Source: Eledone cirrhosa
Taxonomy: Eukaryota
DNA length: 64,000 nt
Assembly: GCA_964016885.1 (NCBI GenBank)
Contig: OZ024745.1
Coordinates: 70,618,001-70,682,000, forward strand
Direction of reading: 5' to 3'
In this document: positions 18,036 through 35,574 of the stretch, piece by piece
Numbering within the stretch: position 1 is the stretch's first letter
Layout of the letters: each line of letters begins with the position of its first letter
Translations under genes and position numbers: made by a program
Notes under the pieces: model-generated
The model's input: the letters and a program-made list of their open reading frames with translations, nothing else
Databases searched by the model: none
Told to the model about the DNA's origin: nothing

Positions 18036-19044
18036 ACAAATACATAAACACACACACATATATATATACACACACGCACATTCACACACAAATATATATA
18101 TATGTGTGCGCGTATGTGTGTGTATTTATATATATATGTGTGTATGTATGTACGCATGTATGTGTGTATGTATATATATACATATATGTATTTTTCATCC
18201 GTGTTCATATTTTCTTAGCGGTTCGACTGAATGAAATGAACGTCTATATCCTTTCATGACTGGGCGCCAACAAAGGTGCAGTTTATTGACTTAAACCAGT
18301 AAAAGAACAAACTAATAATTATTGATAGAAAATTTCCAGAATTCTTTATATAACGTTTGATTACTTTCCTAGATTTCTCTTTGGTAATTAGTTCCTTTCT
18401 AGAGTAAATGTCTTTGAAGAAATACAAGAATACAATGCACGATAGTAAGGAACACATAAGGAAACAATTTTCTTTTTCTATGTTTCGTTTGTTTTTGTTT
18501 TGTTTTTTTTGTTTTTTTTTTGTTTCTTTGTTGTTTTTTTGTTTTTTTGTCGTTTCATCTTTGTAATAATAAAGTGGTGGTCTCGCCATGATATGTATCT
18601 GAGCAAGAGATTTTGTTTACAACAGTTAGATCGTGAAAGCTTCAATATCAAATAGAAAAGTGCTGAGAATATCACCCTGGCTCACAATTAGTCAACACGT
18701 CAAACCGTGTCTCATAACCGTTAGTATATAAACCAACCAACCAGCTATCTATGTGAGGGCTGCTGGGAAGAGTACCTGATCCCTCCTAAATTTACAACCT
18801 GCTCTCTTAAGCATATATGCTCATATTAGAAAATGTGGATCTAGATGCACACTCTGAAGAGTAAAAATGGAATGGGCAACAAATAGAACATCTTTCATCA
18901 TATATCTCATATATATTAGGGTAGCCATGAAGCCTCATATAGTAAACACATCCCACATCTGATATTACACCTGCTCTCTTACGAATTTAAGCTCACATTA
19001 GATAATGATTTCTGATGTAGGCACAATACAATAAATCGAACATT

Positions 19045-19190
19045 ACTGGTACTTTATTTATTATCGAACATTACTGGTACTTTATTTCATCGACACCCGT
19101 AAGGATGAAAGGCAAAGCTAACCTAGGCAGGATTTGAACTCAGAACATAAAGGGAAGTATCTACGTGACGCAAAGCATTTTGTCCGACAC
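19045..19190 (-). mobile_element. SINE family A, diverged, with a small internal duplication
   Basis: Core and B box recognisable; atcgaacattactggtactttattt duplicated. Confidence 0.75.
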
Positions 19191-21259
19191 TTTAATGCGT
19201 GATAAAATATATTTAACTTAATTGTTCTTATAACTTCCTCTCAAACTTAAATTATGTTGGAGTTATTTTGATAAATGTAATAGTTTATTCAAAATATAGA
19301 GTTTATTGTTGTAGATATAGAGCTAGTTTTATGCTGTTTGATATCGGGATGTTTAATCCCTCATATAGCTTAATATCAATCGCCACGTGACCCTTTAGTG
19401 TCTTTAGAGGATTTCACTACGTTGCAAGAATCCATGTCAGGTTTCTAGGTTTAAGATATCTTCCTCACTCCATCAATTATGGGAGCCTTTGAGATTCCTC
19501 TTGAACGCAGCCCTTTTCTCCCTGATTAAACAATAAAAGATCGTTCACCATAATATTTGGTCTTCTAATTTGATATTTCTGTAGATCTGATACTTTAAGC
19601 ACATGCTTTTTATGCTTATGTTTTTTTAACGTTTCACTCTTTCAAGAAGTGTACACTATGTATGACATTTGAAAACAACGTAAGTTGAAAATATCGCCTC
19701 ATTATATCTATCATTTGACCAGTGGTGAAAACATTTCGTATTTTGGTATAGATTGTTCTCAATTCTGCTTTCCCAAATTATCCCTAGAGTACTTTCATTA
19801 TCAATGCCATTCATGAAGCTCTTTTATTGCAAGGTTAAGCGAAAGAACAGCAAAGCAATTTAAAGATACTAAACACAGTGCATTAGATCTGTTATACGCC
19901 TGGCAAAGTCACGAACTGCGTGCTATCATCGTGATGTCTTCTATTGTCATAAATGTTCATATATTTTTATATTATTATAATTATTATTATACTCTTACAA
20001 TTTTTATAATTATTATTATAGTGTTACATTTCTTTTCTAATTATCATTGTTATAATGAAACTACATGAAATATTGTCAATCTAGGCGTGTTTGTACTAAT
20101 GTTATTGTGCTAAGATTCACCTTTCATATTTTGGGTCTTAATAGTATTGTTTTAATTTATTTTGCCTTTTTTGTTTTGTCTAAATTCTGATCAACATCGG
20201 AAGTCTATTTCGACTTGTGAACAAGAGATTTCCGATCTAATATCAGATAATTTCCTTTAGTGAACACATAAAAATATGTAGTCTACTTTAAAGTAATGTC
20301 TTCTTTGATACGACGAAACTACTTTATCAGTTAATATCTAAATGTTCTCGAAATGTGGTGACTGTTTATACATTCGAGTGAATATCTTCTGTTTTGGCTC
20401 TCAGTCCACATAATTAGTTTAGAATAGCAATGAAAATTGACTACACAGAACTGTTTATAGGTGAAGTAATTTTTATGTGGAAAGCAAACATTAAATTCGG
20501 ACATAAAGAACAAATTAAAGTTAGTTTCTCTCGTAGTGTATTGATGTTATAAAGCTCATTGGTAAATCAATGTCACGTGTCTTAATCAGAAGTTATTTGG
20601 GAAAGAAGAGTTTTGCGTTTATTTCAAACTATCTATATTAATGACATATATTTCAGACTATGTTGGAAACATTATCGAATTATAGCAGCCTATTGACATT
20701 GACATATCGTGTAAACATGTTTTTGAATAAAGGATTATATGGATCTATATACAATGTGTTTATGAAAAATAAATATATATTCAGCTTCTTTGCGAGATGC
20801 TAATGCTGGGATCATATTACTACTAACTCGAGATCAGTGTATGAGTGATATGATCACAGTTTAATATACTCAATGTATTCTTTTATTCTTTTACTGATTT
20901 CAGTCATTGCGGTCAATCATATCACTCATAAAACCCCAACACGTATTGTTTTCAGGCCTCGTATTTATTTTTTCAATCTCATTTTTATACTGCTGGGTGT
21001 TGGTATTAAACAGGTTGACAGATTATGTCCACTAAGTAGGCTACAGCAGGATTTGAACACAAAATTCAAAGGGCTAGAATAAATATCGCAAGTCATTCAG
21101 TTCCGCACTAATGATACGACCTAGACTGTAATTTATTTACCGACTCTAGAAGGGTGGAATTAAAATCCATCCTGGGCGGGATTTGAACTCAGAACGCAAT
21201 GTGCCGGAATAAATCTCGCGAGGCATTTCGCCTCATGTATCGTGCTATTTATATATTTT

Positions 21260-24580
<3,321 letters not shown>

Positions 24581-24736
24581 AAACTTTAGTGCCACTAGTT
24601 ATCTCAGATATATTAACATCACAAGTATCATGCTAAATGAATTTCTTGCGATTATTCCTACATATGCTGAGAAACGTCTAAGATTAAACAATAAAAAAAT
24701 ATTCTAAGTTAAATACTTCATATTAAAGTTATTAAT

Positions 24737-24768
<32 letters not shown>

Positions 24769-25124
24769 GTATATATATATATAACTAAATGACAATAAAT
24801 ACCAAAATATTTTTCATTTTGATAAAGAGACAATACTTAACTTTGGTTTACATGTTAATAATTAGATCAAAAAAATTGCTAAACAATCTTATTTTTATCT
24901 TGGAATTATTACGGAAATTTTCAACTGAGATAAATAACGAAAACTTATATGTGTTCTGTTGTTAAAAAAAAATACAAAACAAACAAGTAAAACAGATTAA
25001 TATCGAATCAGCAAATATTGCTTTTTCTCTTGGCCAGCCATAATTTTATTTGATCGACGTAACATTCTATGTGAAAACGGACGGATTCTTCAATATAGAC
25101 AGGTATGAGAAAAGTCTACATTTA

Positions 25125-25303
25125 TAATAATTGTTTCTACTTTTGGCACAAGGCCAGCAATTATCCCAGTGCATTACTGGTACTTTATTTTATCGACCCT
25201 GTAAGGATGAAAGGCTAAGTTCACCTCGGCAGGATTTGAACTCAGACTATAAAGAAGTGTATCTCTATGCTGGAAAGCATGGCATCCGACCCTCTACCGA
25301 TAC
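25125..25303 (-). mobile_element. SINE family A
   Basis: Reverse copy lacking the first ~12 nt. Confidence 0.9.
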
Positions 25304-26050
25304 TGAAGAATTCCATCAGTTAATGTGTGTCTTTTATAAAGTAAATCATTGAAATGATCGATGAATGATATTAAATGTGATATTATAATCAAATGGTTTC
25401 TAAAGTGTGAGCTTCCTCCTTCGTTGAGGCGCTAGGTGACTCAGAATGGAATCTGGAAGGCTTGATGGGGTTGAAGGTTGCTGGAAGGTAAAGAATGACA
25501 AGCGTGGAAAGGAGCAACAATACAAATTAATAATTCTTCATAAGAGTGTTAAATAGGTTTTAATACAATGTACAGAGCCTTAATTTAGAGAATATGTAGA
25601 GAAGTGGACAAAATACCACATTATCCAACGAATTTCTATGTTCTGAGTTTAAATCTGAGTTTATATAAATGGTGAATGATAAATATACCGGTAATATACT
25701 GGGTGAAATCGATAACGACAATAACTCTTCCTTAACATTCGTGTCAAATGTATAAATCGGTTATTTTATTATATTCCTTTGCTATTTTCAACTGTTACAA
25801 CCATCCATGCTGGAGCAGTATCTTAAAATTATTTAAAAAAATTATATCGAACTTAGTATCATTTTGTCTGGCACTCATTTTACCGACCTCTTTTTGTCGA
25901 ATCTGTAACTAGTAACTTAGGTGACCTATAGAAAGACAAGCACACTACATGTATACAAATACACGCACACACATTTATGTATTAATATATATAAATATTA
26001 AAATACAAATATTAAAATACAAATATTAATAAAATATGTTCTTTTGATCA

Positions 26051-26113
26051 ATTACATTTTATTATACATATTTCGGAGGTACAACAGTACATCCTCATCA
26101 GACAAAATATAAT
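26051..26113 (-). ncRNA. Type I hammerhead ribozyme (left arm, mirror copy)
   Basis: Reverse complement gives the same fold with stem III loop atgt. Confidence 0.85.
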
Positions 26114-26193
26114 GATACATGACATACCCTGAGATGTTAAATGGTTAAGATTTAATCCACATTAAATAAACATCTCAGGGTATGTCATATATC

Positions 26194-26256
26194 ATTATAT
26201 TTTGTCTGATGAGGATGTACTGTTGTACCTCCGAAATATCTATAATAAAATGTAAT
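26194..26256 (+). ncRNA. Type I hammerhead ribozyme (right arm of a fold-back)
   Basis: attatattttgt-CTGATGA-gga.t.gtac(tgtt)gtac.c.tcc-GAAA-t(atct)a-TA^ataaaatgtaat; 12-bp stem I with two G-U pairs. Confidence 0.85.
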
Positions 26257-26424
26257 TGATCAAAAGAACATCTATTTTATTAATATTTGTATTTTAATAT
26301 TAATAACTCTGGAAAATTATATTTTACCGTAGAGTGCTTCCAATCTACTGTAAAACTCATTCTCTGATATACTCATTGAATCTTGTTTAACTCTTTAATA
26401 TATATATACATATATATATATTTA

Positions 26425-26594
26425 TTTTGCAAAGTTTTTTATATGAAATCGTGTATCGGAACAAATATTGTTATACTTGGGGAGGGTCATATTCTTATAA
26501 TATTGTCAGAAATAATAACAGAAATAATAAAACAGTGAGTGTGTTCTGTTATTATTTCTGGCAATATTATAACAATATGAGCCTCCCCAAGTAT

Positions 26595-26602
<8 letters not shown>
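26425..26602. mobile_element. Fold-back copy of the tail of the 56.5-kb PLE family, within (TA)n
   Basis: 26425-26522 matches 56467-56565; arms 26465-26522 / 26544-26602. Confidence 0.85.
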
Positions 26603-26631
<29 letters not shown>

Positions 26632-26632
<1 letters not shown>

Positions 26633-26790
26633 CGACGGATTTTTACACTTTTCGTCTACAAATGTTATTATTAAAAGATTTGTGTATCCAAGTGATTATA
26701 GTAGAGGATACTCGCCCAAGGTGCCACGCAATGGGACTGAACGGAAAGTCATGTGGTTATGAAGGGAACATCGTAATCACTCAACCATGT
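26632..26790 (-). mobile_element. SINE family C (relatives ~43690-43810 +, ~48400-48500 +, ~49165-49270 +, ~8980-9100 +)
   Basis: gcccaaggtgccacgcaatgggactgaac motif; reverse complement matches ttcagttcccctgc..gtggatttt.gtagacgaaaactgaa at 43.7 kb. Confidence 0.7.
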
Positions 26791-27621
26791 TAGCAACTAT
26801 AGAATGATGCATGCGCCTATTTCTATGTTTGTCATGTTTAATAGAATAGTAAAGATTAATCAGATATACTGTAAAGCAATTAGTCTTAACTGCTCTAATG
26901 GTGTTTCTTAATTATCTAAGTTAATCTTAATTATCTAAATTATATTAGTTCTCATCTTTCGGTTCTCATATTAATGCGCCATGTGTCCATTTTTCTAAAT
27001 GCTGTGGAGAAGAGGTTCGGAGTTTTCCCCTACTTACACACACATTACTGCCCCCCTCCCAAGAACTTTCACCAAAGATTCGCATGTATACGTACACCAA
27101 TATAATAACCTGTCCATTCGCTTTCATAAATATACTTAAATACATATACGTGAGGGTGTATGTATGTATGTGTGTGTATGTTTGTGACTATGTATGTATT
27201 AGTGGGGGTGATATGAGACTAGCAAGGGTCGAAGAGCAAAGGCCGTTGTAGTTACGGTATCAGGGTCAGAAGGAGGAGACGACACATCTGTGTGTCAGTA
27301 TAATATAGGTCAGGTAACATTTAATTAAAATTTTACTCAGTAAGGCTTGACACAGGGTGAAACAACTACAACCACAACATGAGTGGATATGCCCCCAAAA
27401 CATCTCATTAGAAAAGCAGCATCCCCTTGTCTTTTTTGATAATACAAGGTTTTATTTCGGGCATTAATTAAGAAATATCTAAATAAAGTATTCAATCACA
27501 ATAATGTAATTCACTCCAGCAATTATATCATGGAAGAGCAATTTTAGACATTCAACAAACACAAAATCTGTTTAATTCCACTTTCCAGTTTTCATATTTT
27601 CTTGGTGTTAATATTTCCGTT

Positions 27622-27690
27622 GCACTGGAACTGTCACTGTATACTGCCACGAATACTGACACTGTATACTGCCACTGTATACTGACACTA
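27622..27690. repeat. 12-bp tandem repeat (cactgtatactg)
   Basis: About 5 degenerate units. Confidence 0.8.
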
Positions 27691-27881
27691 ATATTTATGT
27701 CTGATTTTTAAATGGATAAAATGATCTTCTACAATGTAATGCTTTTAGCTTCAACAAACAGTCAAAAATAAAATTACTTGCCAGACAAGAACCATTCCAA
27801 GTATGGGCGTAGCCTGAACGAATGAGTGAGAAGTTCGCTTCACAATCATATCACCCCGGACATCATGAGCAAGTATTATTT

Positions 27882-28072
27882 AGGGCGGTGGATTGGCAGT
27901 ATCGGTAGATGGTCGGACGCCATGCTTTCCAGCATAGTTACGTCCCTTTACGATCTGAGTTCAAATCCCGCCGAGGTTGACTTTGCCTTTCACCCTTAGG
28001 GGGTCGATAAAATAAAGAACCAGTAATGCACTGGGTAATTGCTGGCCTTGTGCCTAACGTAGAAACAATTAT
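27882..28072 (+). mobile_element. SINE family A nested in an older SINE (27804-28310)
   Basis: Full-length copy with tattattta on both sides. Confidence 0.92.
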
Positions 28073-28885
28073 TTACCTTAAACTAGAGTCGACTCAATGA
28101 TTATGATGAAAAGAAGCCTAATAGGTTGATTTTTTACCTGTAATTAAAGGGACATGGTGGTAATACACTGTGTCATGTTGAATCTCAATGAGAATTACGT
28201 TAGATGTACATGTATCTGTACAATGCTTAGACACGTGCATGTTAATTACGCGATTAGGCTGTTCCGCTGATCAAACAGATGCAACCCTCTTCGTCGTAAC
28301 TGACGTAACTTCATTTCTTTCTCCAGAAATAGAGAACGATTCACACCATCTTTCTTAAAGTTATTATCGTTATGTCGTTGGAATGATTATAGAAAGCAAA
28401 TCGCATCGTTGTCTATATAAGCTTCAATATTAATATGTCTATGATTCTGATTGTGTGATTTTCAACATATTTAAGACTGTCTATTGAAAAATGAGTAGGC
28501 GTGTATAGGCATATAAGTGTAAGAGACAGCAAGACAGACTGTGTTCAAAGATATGTACCTTTGTCCACGTGATTGTAGTGGCTTGTATCTTGAAAATAAG
28601 TTGCTCTGAATTTCACAAAAAAGAAAAATGGAAAGGAAATTTCAAGTTGTATATGATTGACTTGTACGGTTTTCTCCCCATAATATTGATGTTCCAAATT
28701 TTTTCAATATTCACAAAAGAAATATGTCTAATCATGTAATGCAGCGCAGGACTTTAAGTTTGCAAATTTACTTCTGTTTTCAAATTAGCTTTATATTCAT
28801 TTTCAAAAACCTTTCTTTTTTTCAAGAGAATTCAAATGAATTAATAATTCATTTGTTATTTCGGGAGGATACATATATTTGAACG

Positions 28886-28926
<41 letters not shown>

Positions 28927-28940
28927 CACACAGACACACA

Positions 28941-29036
<96 letters not shown>

Positions 29037-29350
29037 GGCGCATGGTTTAGTTAGAGCATTGAACTTGCAATCGGGAGCTTGTGAGTTCGATCAGACCAGG
29101 TGATGCGTTGTGTCCTTGAGTAAGTCAATTTATTTCACGCTGCTCTCAGCTGCAGGAATGAGTTACCACGTCACAGGTGCCAGACTGCATCAGCCGTTGC
29201 CTTTCCGTTGGACAACATCAGTGGTGCAGAGATGGGAGGCTGTTATGCATGTGTTACCGGTGGTTTTCCACAAACAACCCTGCCCGAACTTGTGACTCGG
29301 AGGGGAACTTACTAGGTGCAGATCCCATGGTCGTTCTTGACCGAAGCGTG
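29037..29350 (+). mobile_element. tRNA-derived SINE, family B (older relatives ~14860-15000, ~41525-41700, ~48930-49130, ~50620-50780)
   Basis: ggcgcatggtttag...gagttcgat head followed by tgtgtccttgagtaag..tttatttcacg core. Confidence 0.7.
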
Positions 29351-29365
29351 TCAGTACCTATACTA

Positions 29366-29990
<625 letters not shown>

Positions 29991-30460
29991 ATATATAGTC
30001 TGAAAAGCAGCTCACTCAGTCACAGCTTTTAATAAAAAAAATTTATTTTCTTCTAATCTACAGTATTGAATGTTTTTTCAATACTTTATATTTCATCCCT
30101 CGGTAAACCCATGACTTTAAAAACCTTTAGATAAACATTACTCCTGTACGGAAACATTCCTAAAATTTTCTAAATAACCATACACCATTACAAACACCTA
30201 CTCTACACACCCACTAAATATCTATCAACTGGCAAAGACAAATACTCCAACAAAACACACAGTTAACGTTCCCTGAACAAGGAAATTGTCCGGTACCACT
30301 ACTTCATTAAATAAAACTAGCTTTCACAAACAGATTTTCTAACATACCCAGTCATGCTTGATCCTCACGAGAATACAATTAAATTATTTGATTAATACCA
30401 AGTCTACGTTTCTTTACACAAAGTCATATATATATATATACATATATGTGTGTGTGTGCG

Positions 30461-30547
<87 letters not shown>

Positions 30548-30550
<3 letters not shown>

Positions 30551-30690
30551 CGAAGGAAATATGGTAAGGAACCATGTGGACTATAACGCACCAAAGTACT
30601 CAATACTTAGGGTAGTAGAGTGGGTAATAGGAACCAGTAAGAATTAGCCGTCGAAACGGCTTGAGCTCAGCCGTCGGGGTCTTACTGGTT

Positions 30691-30695
<5 letters not shown>
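30548..30695. mobile_element. (TA)n-embedded fold-back family X, copy 1
   Basis: Homologous to copies at 31354, 31824, 62191; arms ataggaaccagtaaga / tcttactggttcctat. Confidence 0.85.
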
Positions 30696-30744
<49 letters not shown>

Positions 30745-30829
30745 TATATATATATGTATAGATATGTGTAAATTGTATATAGAAAGAATTTAGTATATAG
30801 AACATCGTGTGCATTCGTGCACACATGTG

Positions 30830-30871
<42 letters not shown>

Positions 30872-31286
30872 AAGAGAAAAAGAGAGTGAGAGAGAAGAGG
30901 CATATATACACGAATGCACACTTATGTGTATGTATCTATACATCCCCAGAGCTATTATTTTGTGAAAGGAAAGACAAAGCTGGACGTTAAGATGGTCATA
31001 TGATCATACCTTATATACTACGTGAGTCATTGGAACAATATCATGTCCAAATAAGTTCAAATTGATTCCGATTCACTGGTGTTTCCATAGAGAAAATATC
31101 TTTTTTTCTGAATAATGATATACGCGAAAGGATTATATTATGTGTCTTACAATTAAAAATATTTATGACTTCGTTATAGTTTTCATAACCACCATTCAGC
31201 ACACATTATAGCTCGATCAAAATATGCCTGCCTTCAAAATATGCCTGAGAATTCAGTACAGAGTATAGAAACTTTGATAGAGAATA

Positions 31287-31353
<67 letters not shown>

Positions 31354-31356
<3 letters not shown>

Positions 31357-31549
31357 CGAAGGAAATGTGGTAAGGAACCAGGTGGACCATAACGCACCAA
31401 AGTACTCAATACTTAGGGTAGTAGAGTGGGTAATAGGAACGAGTAGGACACCGACGGCTGAGCTCAACCCGTTTCGACGGCTAATTCTGAACGTCCAGAA
31501 TTAGCCGTCGAAACGGCTTGAGCTCAGCCGTCGGGGTGCTACTCGTTCC

Positions 31550-31552
<3 letters not shown>
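31354..31552. mobile_element. Fold-back family X, copy 2
   Basis: ~58-bp arms centred on tctgaacgtccaga, flanked by (TA)n on both sides. Confidence 0.85.
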
Positions 31553-31583
<31 letters not shown>

Positions 31584-31775
31584 TATAGTTAAAGTTACAT
31601 ACACTTAACATATATGCCCGACCTTATCAGCTCATGCTAAACAATATAGCGAATATACTAAAACCATCCTCCTCTTCCTCTAAGCGTCACCTTAATGTGA
31701 CTATATTTTTGCATCCTAGGGTTTGTTTTGTTTTATTTCTTCAACTATAAATACACCCACACACACACACACACA

Positions 31776-31823
<48 letters not shown>

Positions 31824-31825
<2 letters not shown>

Positions 31826-32013
31826 ACAAAGGAATTGTGGTAAGGAACCAGATGGACCATAACGCACCAGAGTACTCAATACTTAGGGTAGAAGAGTGGG
31901 AAATAGGAAAAAGTATGACCCCGACGGCAGAGTTCAAGCCGTTTCGACGGCTAATTCAGTCCAGAAATAGCCGTCGAAACGGCTTGAGCTCTGCCGTCGA
32001 GGTCATACTTTTT

Positions 32014-32018
<5 letters not shown>
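31824..32018. mobile_element. Fold-back family X, copy 3
   Basis: ~55-bp arms centred on ttcagtccagaa, (TA)n on both sides. Confidence 0.85.
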
Positions 32019-32071
<53 letters not shown>

Positions 32072-32621
32072 AGGTATATATATATATATATAATAGAATA
32101 TGTGTTTAAAATCCTGTAGTAATTTATTTTCTAAGTTGAAAAGTGGCAGTGTATTCGAAATTTTAGCACGATCGCTTTAACTTGCTAAGAGAATATATTC
32201 ATGCATGTTCTAAGATATTCGTAAAATTATAGATGGTGCATATTCCCGAATGACGTATCATGTATGTGCCGTGTTTAAAACTTTGAAAATGCAAAATAAC
32301 TCGCTTGGATACAGAACTAGGACCAACTGAATATTATCACCAACATGTTAAGACATTTGCCTAAAATATAGCGAATGCATGTCAGTGTATTTATATTAGT
32401 TGTTAATATATGGCAGAGTGTGGTGCTGTTAGTATTATATATATATATATATATCATAGATTGAGTTAGAAACTCAAAATAGTCTTTTACAATTAAATAG
32501 CTCAAAGAAGGGTATCTTTCCGAGCTGTGTAATATAATTGGATATTCAACCTAGCTAACTTGGTCATTTGCAATTAGAACACATGTATAGTTATATCTGT
32601 GTTCATCGCTCTCATATATAC

Positions 32622-32710
<89 letters not shown>

Positions 32711-32798
32711 AGTTGCCCGACTGAATACGCACGTGTATGTTTTTTTACTCTCCATTTTTTTTCTCGTTTTCCCCGTTTATTCCTCTCATTGTAAGTCT

Positions 32799-32836
32799 GT
32801 CTTCTGATGAGGGACTAGTGTCCGAAACGGGACGAC
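32799..32836 (+). ncRNA. Decayed hammerhead (cleavage site lost)
   Basis: gtctt-CTGATGA-g-ggac(tagt)gtcc-GAAA-cgggacgac. Confidence 0.5.
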
Positions 32837-34494
32837 TCTCTTCCAGCTATTTCAAATGTTAAGCTAATATATTTCTACCGTGTACTGTGCCTTTTGTTTT
32901 GTTATTTTCTTTATTACTTTTACACACACAAACAACACACACAAGCACAAACACACACACACATAATACATGTGTGTGCGGGAATATGTGTGTGCGTGTC
33001 TTTCGCATTTTCCTCCACCTCAAAATATATCCCTGCTCTTTATTTCAACGTTGCCAATATTTCCATAACTATATGGTCACAAATTAATGTTTTATTGTTT
33101 CTTTATATAAAAAAATATCTCTCAACGAATCATTTCCTATGCACTAGAAACCTACAGTCAGTACTTTTACCGAGTCTTTTTTATTAGAAATAGAGCTCTA
33201 GTATTTTATCTTATCGACTCAATGTGAGTGACAATGAAGTAGTGTAATTCTCTGACGTCAAAATATCATTTACCATTCACTGACGTCAAGATATCGTCTG
33301 TTGTTTACAGACGTCAAAGAAAAGAATCAATAGAGTTAGTCGGACACTTTTTTTTACTACACTAGAAATACCTTGTATATATTTTTCTCTGTTTATCACT
33401 AAATACATCAATGAGGCGACTTCGACATTGATTTCATTTGAAGAGCAATCGGCATGAAAATTATGAGAAAATACTCTTGCAGAAAGAAATTCCAATGAAA
33501 AACATGCAAAAAAATTCCCGTAGACTCCATAAATGATGTTTCCAACTCGGATGGTTTAATGATAAATGGATGCAACCATAAACATATTAAAAAGACAATT
33601 GAACAAAAACTTAGAAAATGGAGCATTTAAGAATACTTGTTTTTATTTTATTTTTATAAAGCACTGCACTATTTATTTGGCATTATTAATGGTTGATCGG
33701 TAGAATCACTAGAGACTCGAAGAAAGAGTTTTGCTTTATTTGTGTCCGTTCTTAACGTTCTTAATTCAAATCTCACAAAGGTCAATTTTGCTTTTCTTTC
33801 TTCCTGAGTCGATAAAATAAAATACGAATCAACTAACGGAGCCGTCCTCTGACCGACAAATTCCTGACCTTGTATCTAAATTACAAACCATTAGTAGTCC
33901 TTGCGTTCCACGTCCTGACCACATTTTTACTGACAAATTATTTCAAATATTTATTGTTTTCATTTTAGCCCAGGTCAACTCTACTCAAGCAGGCTAGTGA
34001 TCAAAGACGTTTCATAACAGACCATTCAGGCGATCGTGGCCCTTTAAGACTACAATAGTTAGTGTATCCACTTTTTTAAGATGATAAGCTGTAATTTCGT
34101 TAGTTCACAAAGTCATCCTGTTCAGAGGGGATCTGAAACGTCTGCAAACAATTTTCCAGGGTAGAAATGTAAATTCCTATGAGCCTGTTTTCGGCTTCCG
34201 TAATTGGTTAAAGGGGAGTAAGATTAAGTGCAAATGTGTCTTTTCAATCACTACTAATTTAATTTGCGAGTAGTATGTTCAGTTAAGCAAAAAGATAAAT
34301 GTTCATCACCGAAACAGACGGAGGAATAATCATCATTATCTGTTAAATCCATTACTCTTTATCACTTTCTCAGTTCTGGTTCATCGTCTAAATACGATTT
34401 CTCGATACATTTAACGCATGGGAAATTACTGATGAAGTTTTGTACTATATTGTATTCTCGTTCTCTCTGTCACTCTCTTTCTTTCTTAATATAT

Positions 34495-34718
34495 ATATAG
34501 TAATAATAATAAATTTGAAGACTAAAATCCAAAGAGGGCTCGATAAGGATAAATATATATCAAATATATAAGAACCGTAGAGCAAATATTTATTAAAATA
34601 ACAGATTAAAGTTTAAGCAAAGAATAGCTGCTTTCACCCTTAACGGGATCTTCTGAAACTCGTTAAGAGTGAAAGCAGCGATTCTTTGCTTAAACCTTAA
34701 TCTGTTATTTTAATAAAT
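34495..34718. mobile_element. Fold-back element whose apex lies in a hammerhead-like core
   Basis: Arms ~34588-34648 / ~34657-34718; - strand reads CAGAAGA-tcccgttaagggt-GAAA-gcagc-TA. Confidence 0.65.
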
Positions 34719-35323
34719 TAATCTCTCTCTCTCTCTCTCTCTCTCCCCCTCTCTCACTCTCTCTCTCTCTCTCTCTCTTTATACGTATATACACACACAC
34801 ACAGATATATAGATATATATGTCTGTAATTATGTTTACATGTTGTATCAAGATAATTCGCCTTATTGATTGAATTAAGAGTAAAAATAACTGTAACACTC
34901 TAAATCTTCTATACATTCTTTCAAAATGGGATATTCAGCTGGCCGAACAGCAAAATAATCATCGTCAAACCAGACGGAGGATCTCTAATTATCAGGAACA
35001 CAGTCGTACGAGACGTAAACCTATCGGAGATGTTACGTTGTAAGATAATTTGAAAGAATATAAAGAATATAAATGTAGTGAAGAAAGACCAGAGACGTGG
35101 CTTACATAATAACAATAAAACGCATGCGCATGAGTATTTAACCATAAATTCAATGTAAAATCTTACTTAATCTACAATTTCTTGCAGCTGCAAATCTATC
35201 AACGTCTACACCAGCATATCAACGAGTGTGTGCGTCTGTGTATCTGTGTATGTGTGTGTGTATAAACAAAGAATAACGTATATAGCTATACATATATATA
35301 TATGTATGTAAATACATTGTATG

Positions 35324-35355
<32 letters not shown>

Positions 35356-35414
35356 CATACATTGTATATATTTATATAGGTATGCAGGTGCATATGTATA
35401 TAGCTGTAGGTATT

Positions 35415-35451
<37 letters not shown>

Positions 35452-35467
35452 AAGTATATATGTACGA

Positions 35468-35574
<107 letters not shown>

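Larger units (their letters stand above)
26008..26400. mobile_element. Non-coding fold-back PLE-type element with two hammerheads, tail ending in (TA)n
   Basis: Inverted arms ~26008-26138 and ~26169-26301 nearly identical, ~30-nt loop, unpaired tail 26302-26400. Confidence 0.8.

Noticed and set aside
31385-31492. Twister- or HDV-like fold in family X (TAA..ctc/gag pseudoknot; hairpin followed by GGCTAA)
   Set aside because: Key conserved nucleotides and pairings are missing or not conserved across copies; left as unknown structure
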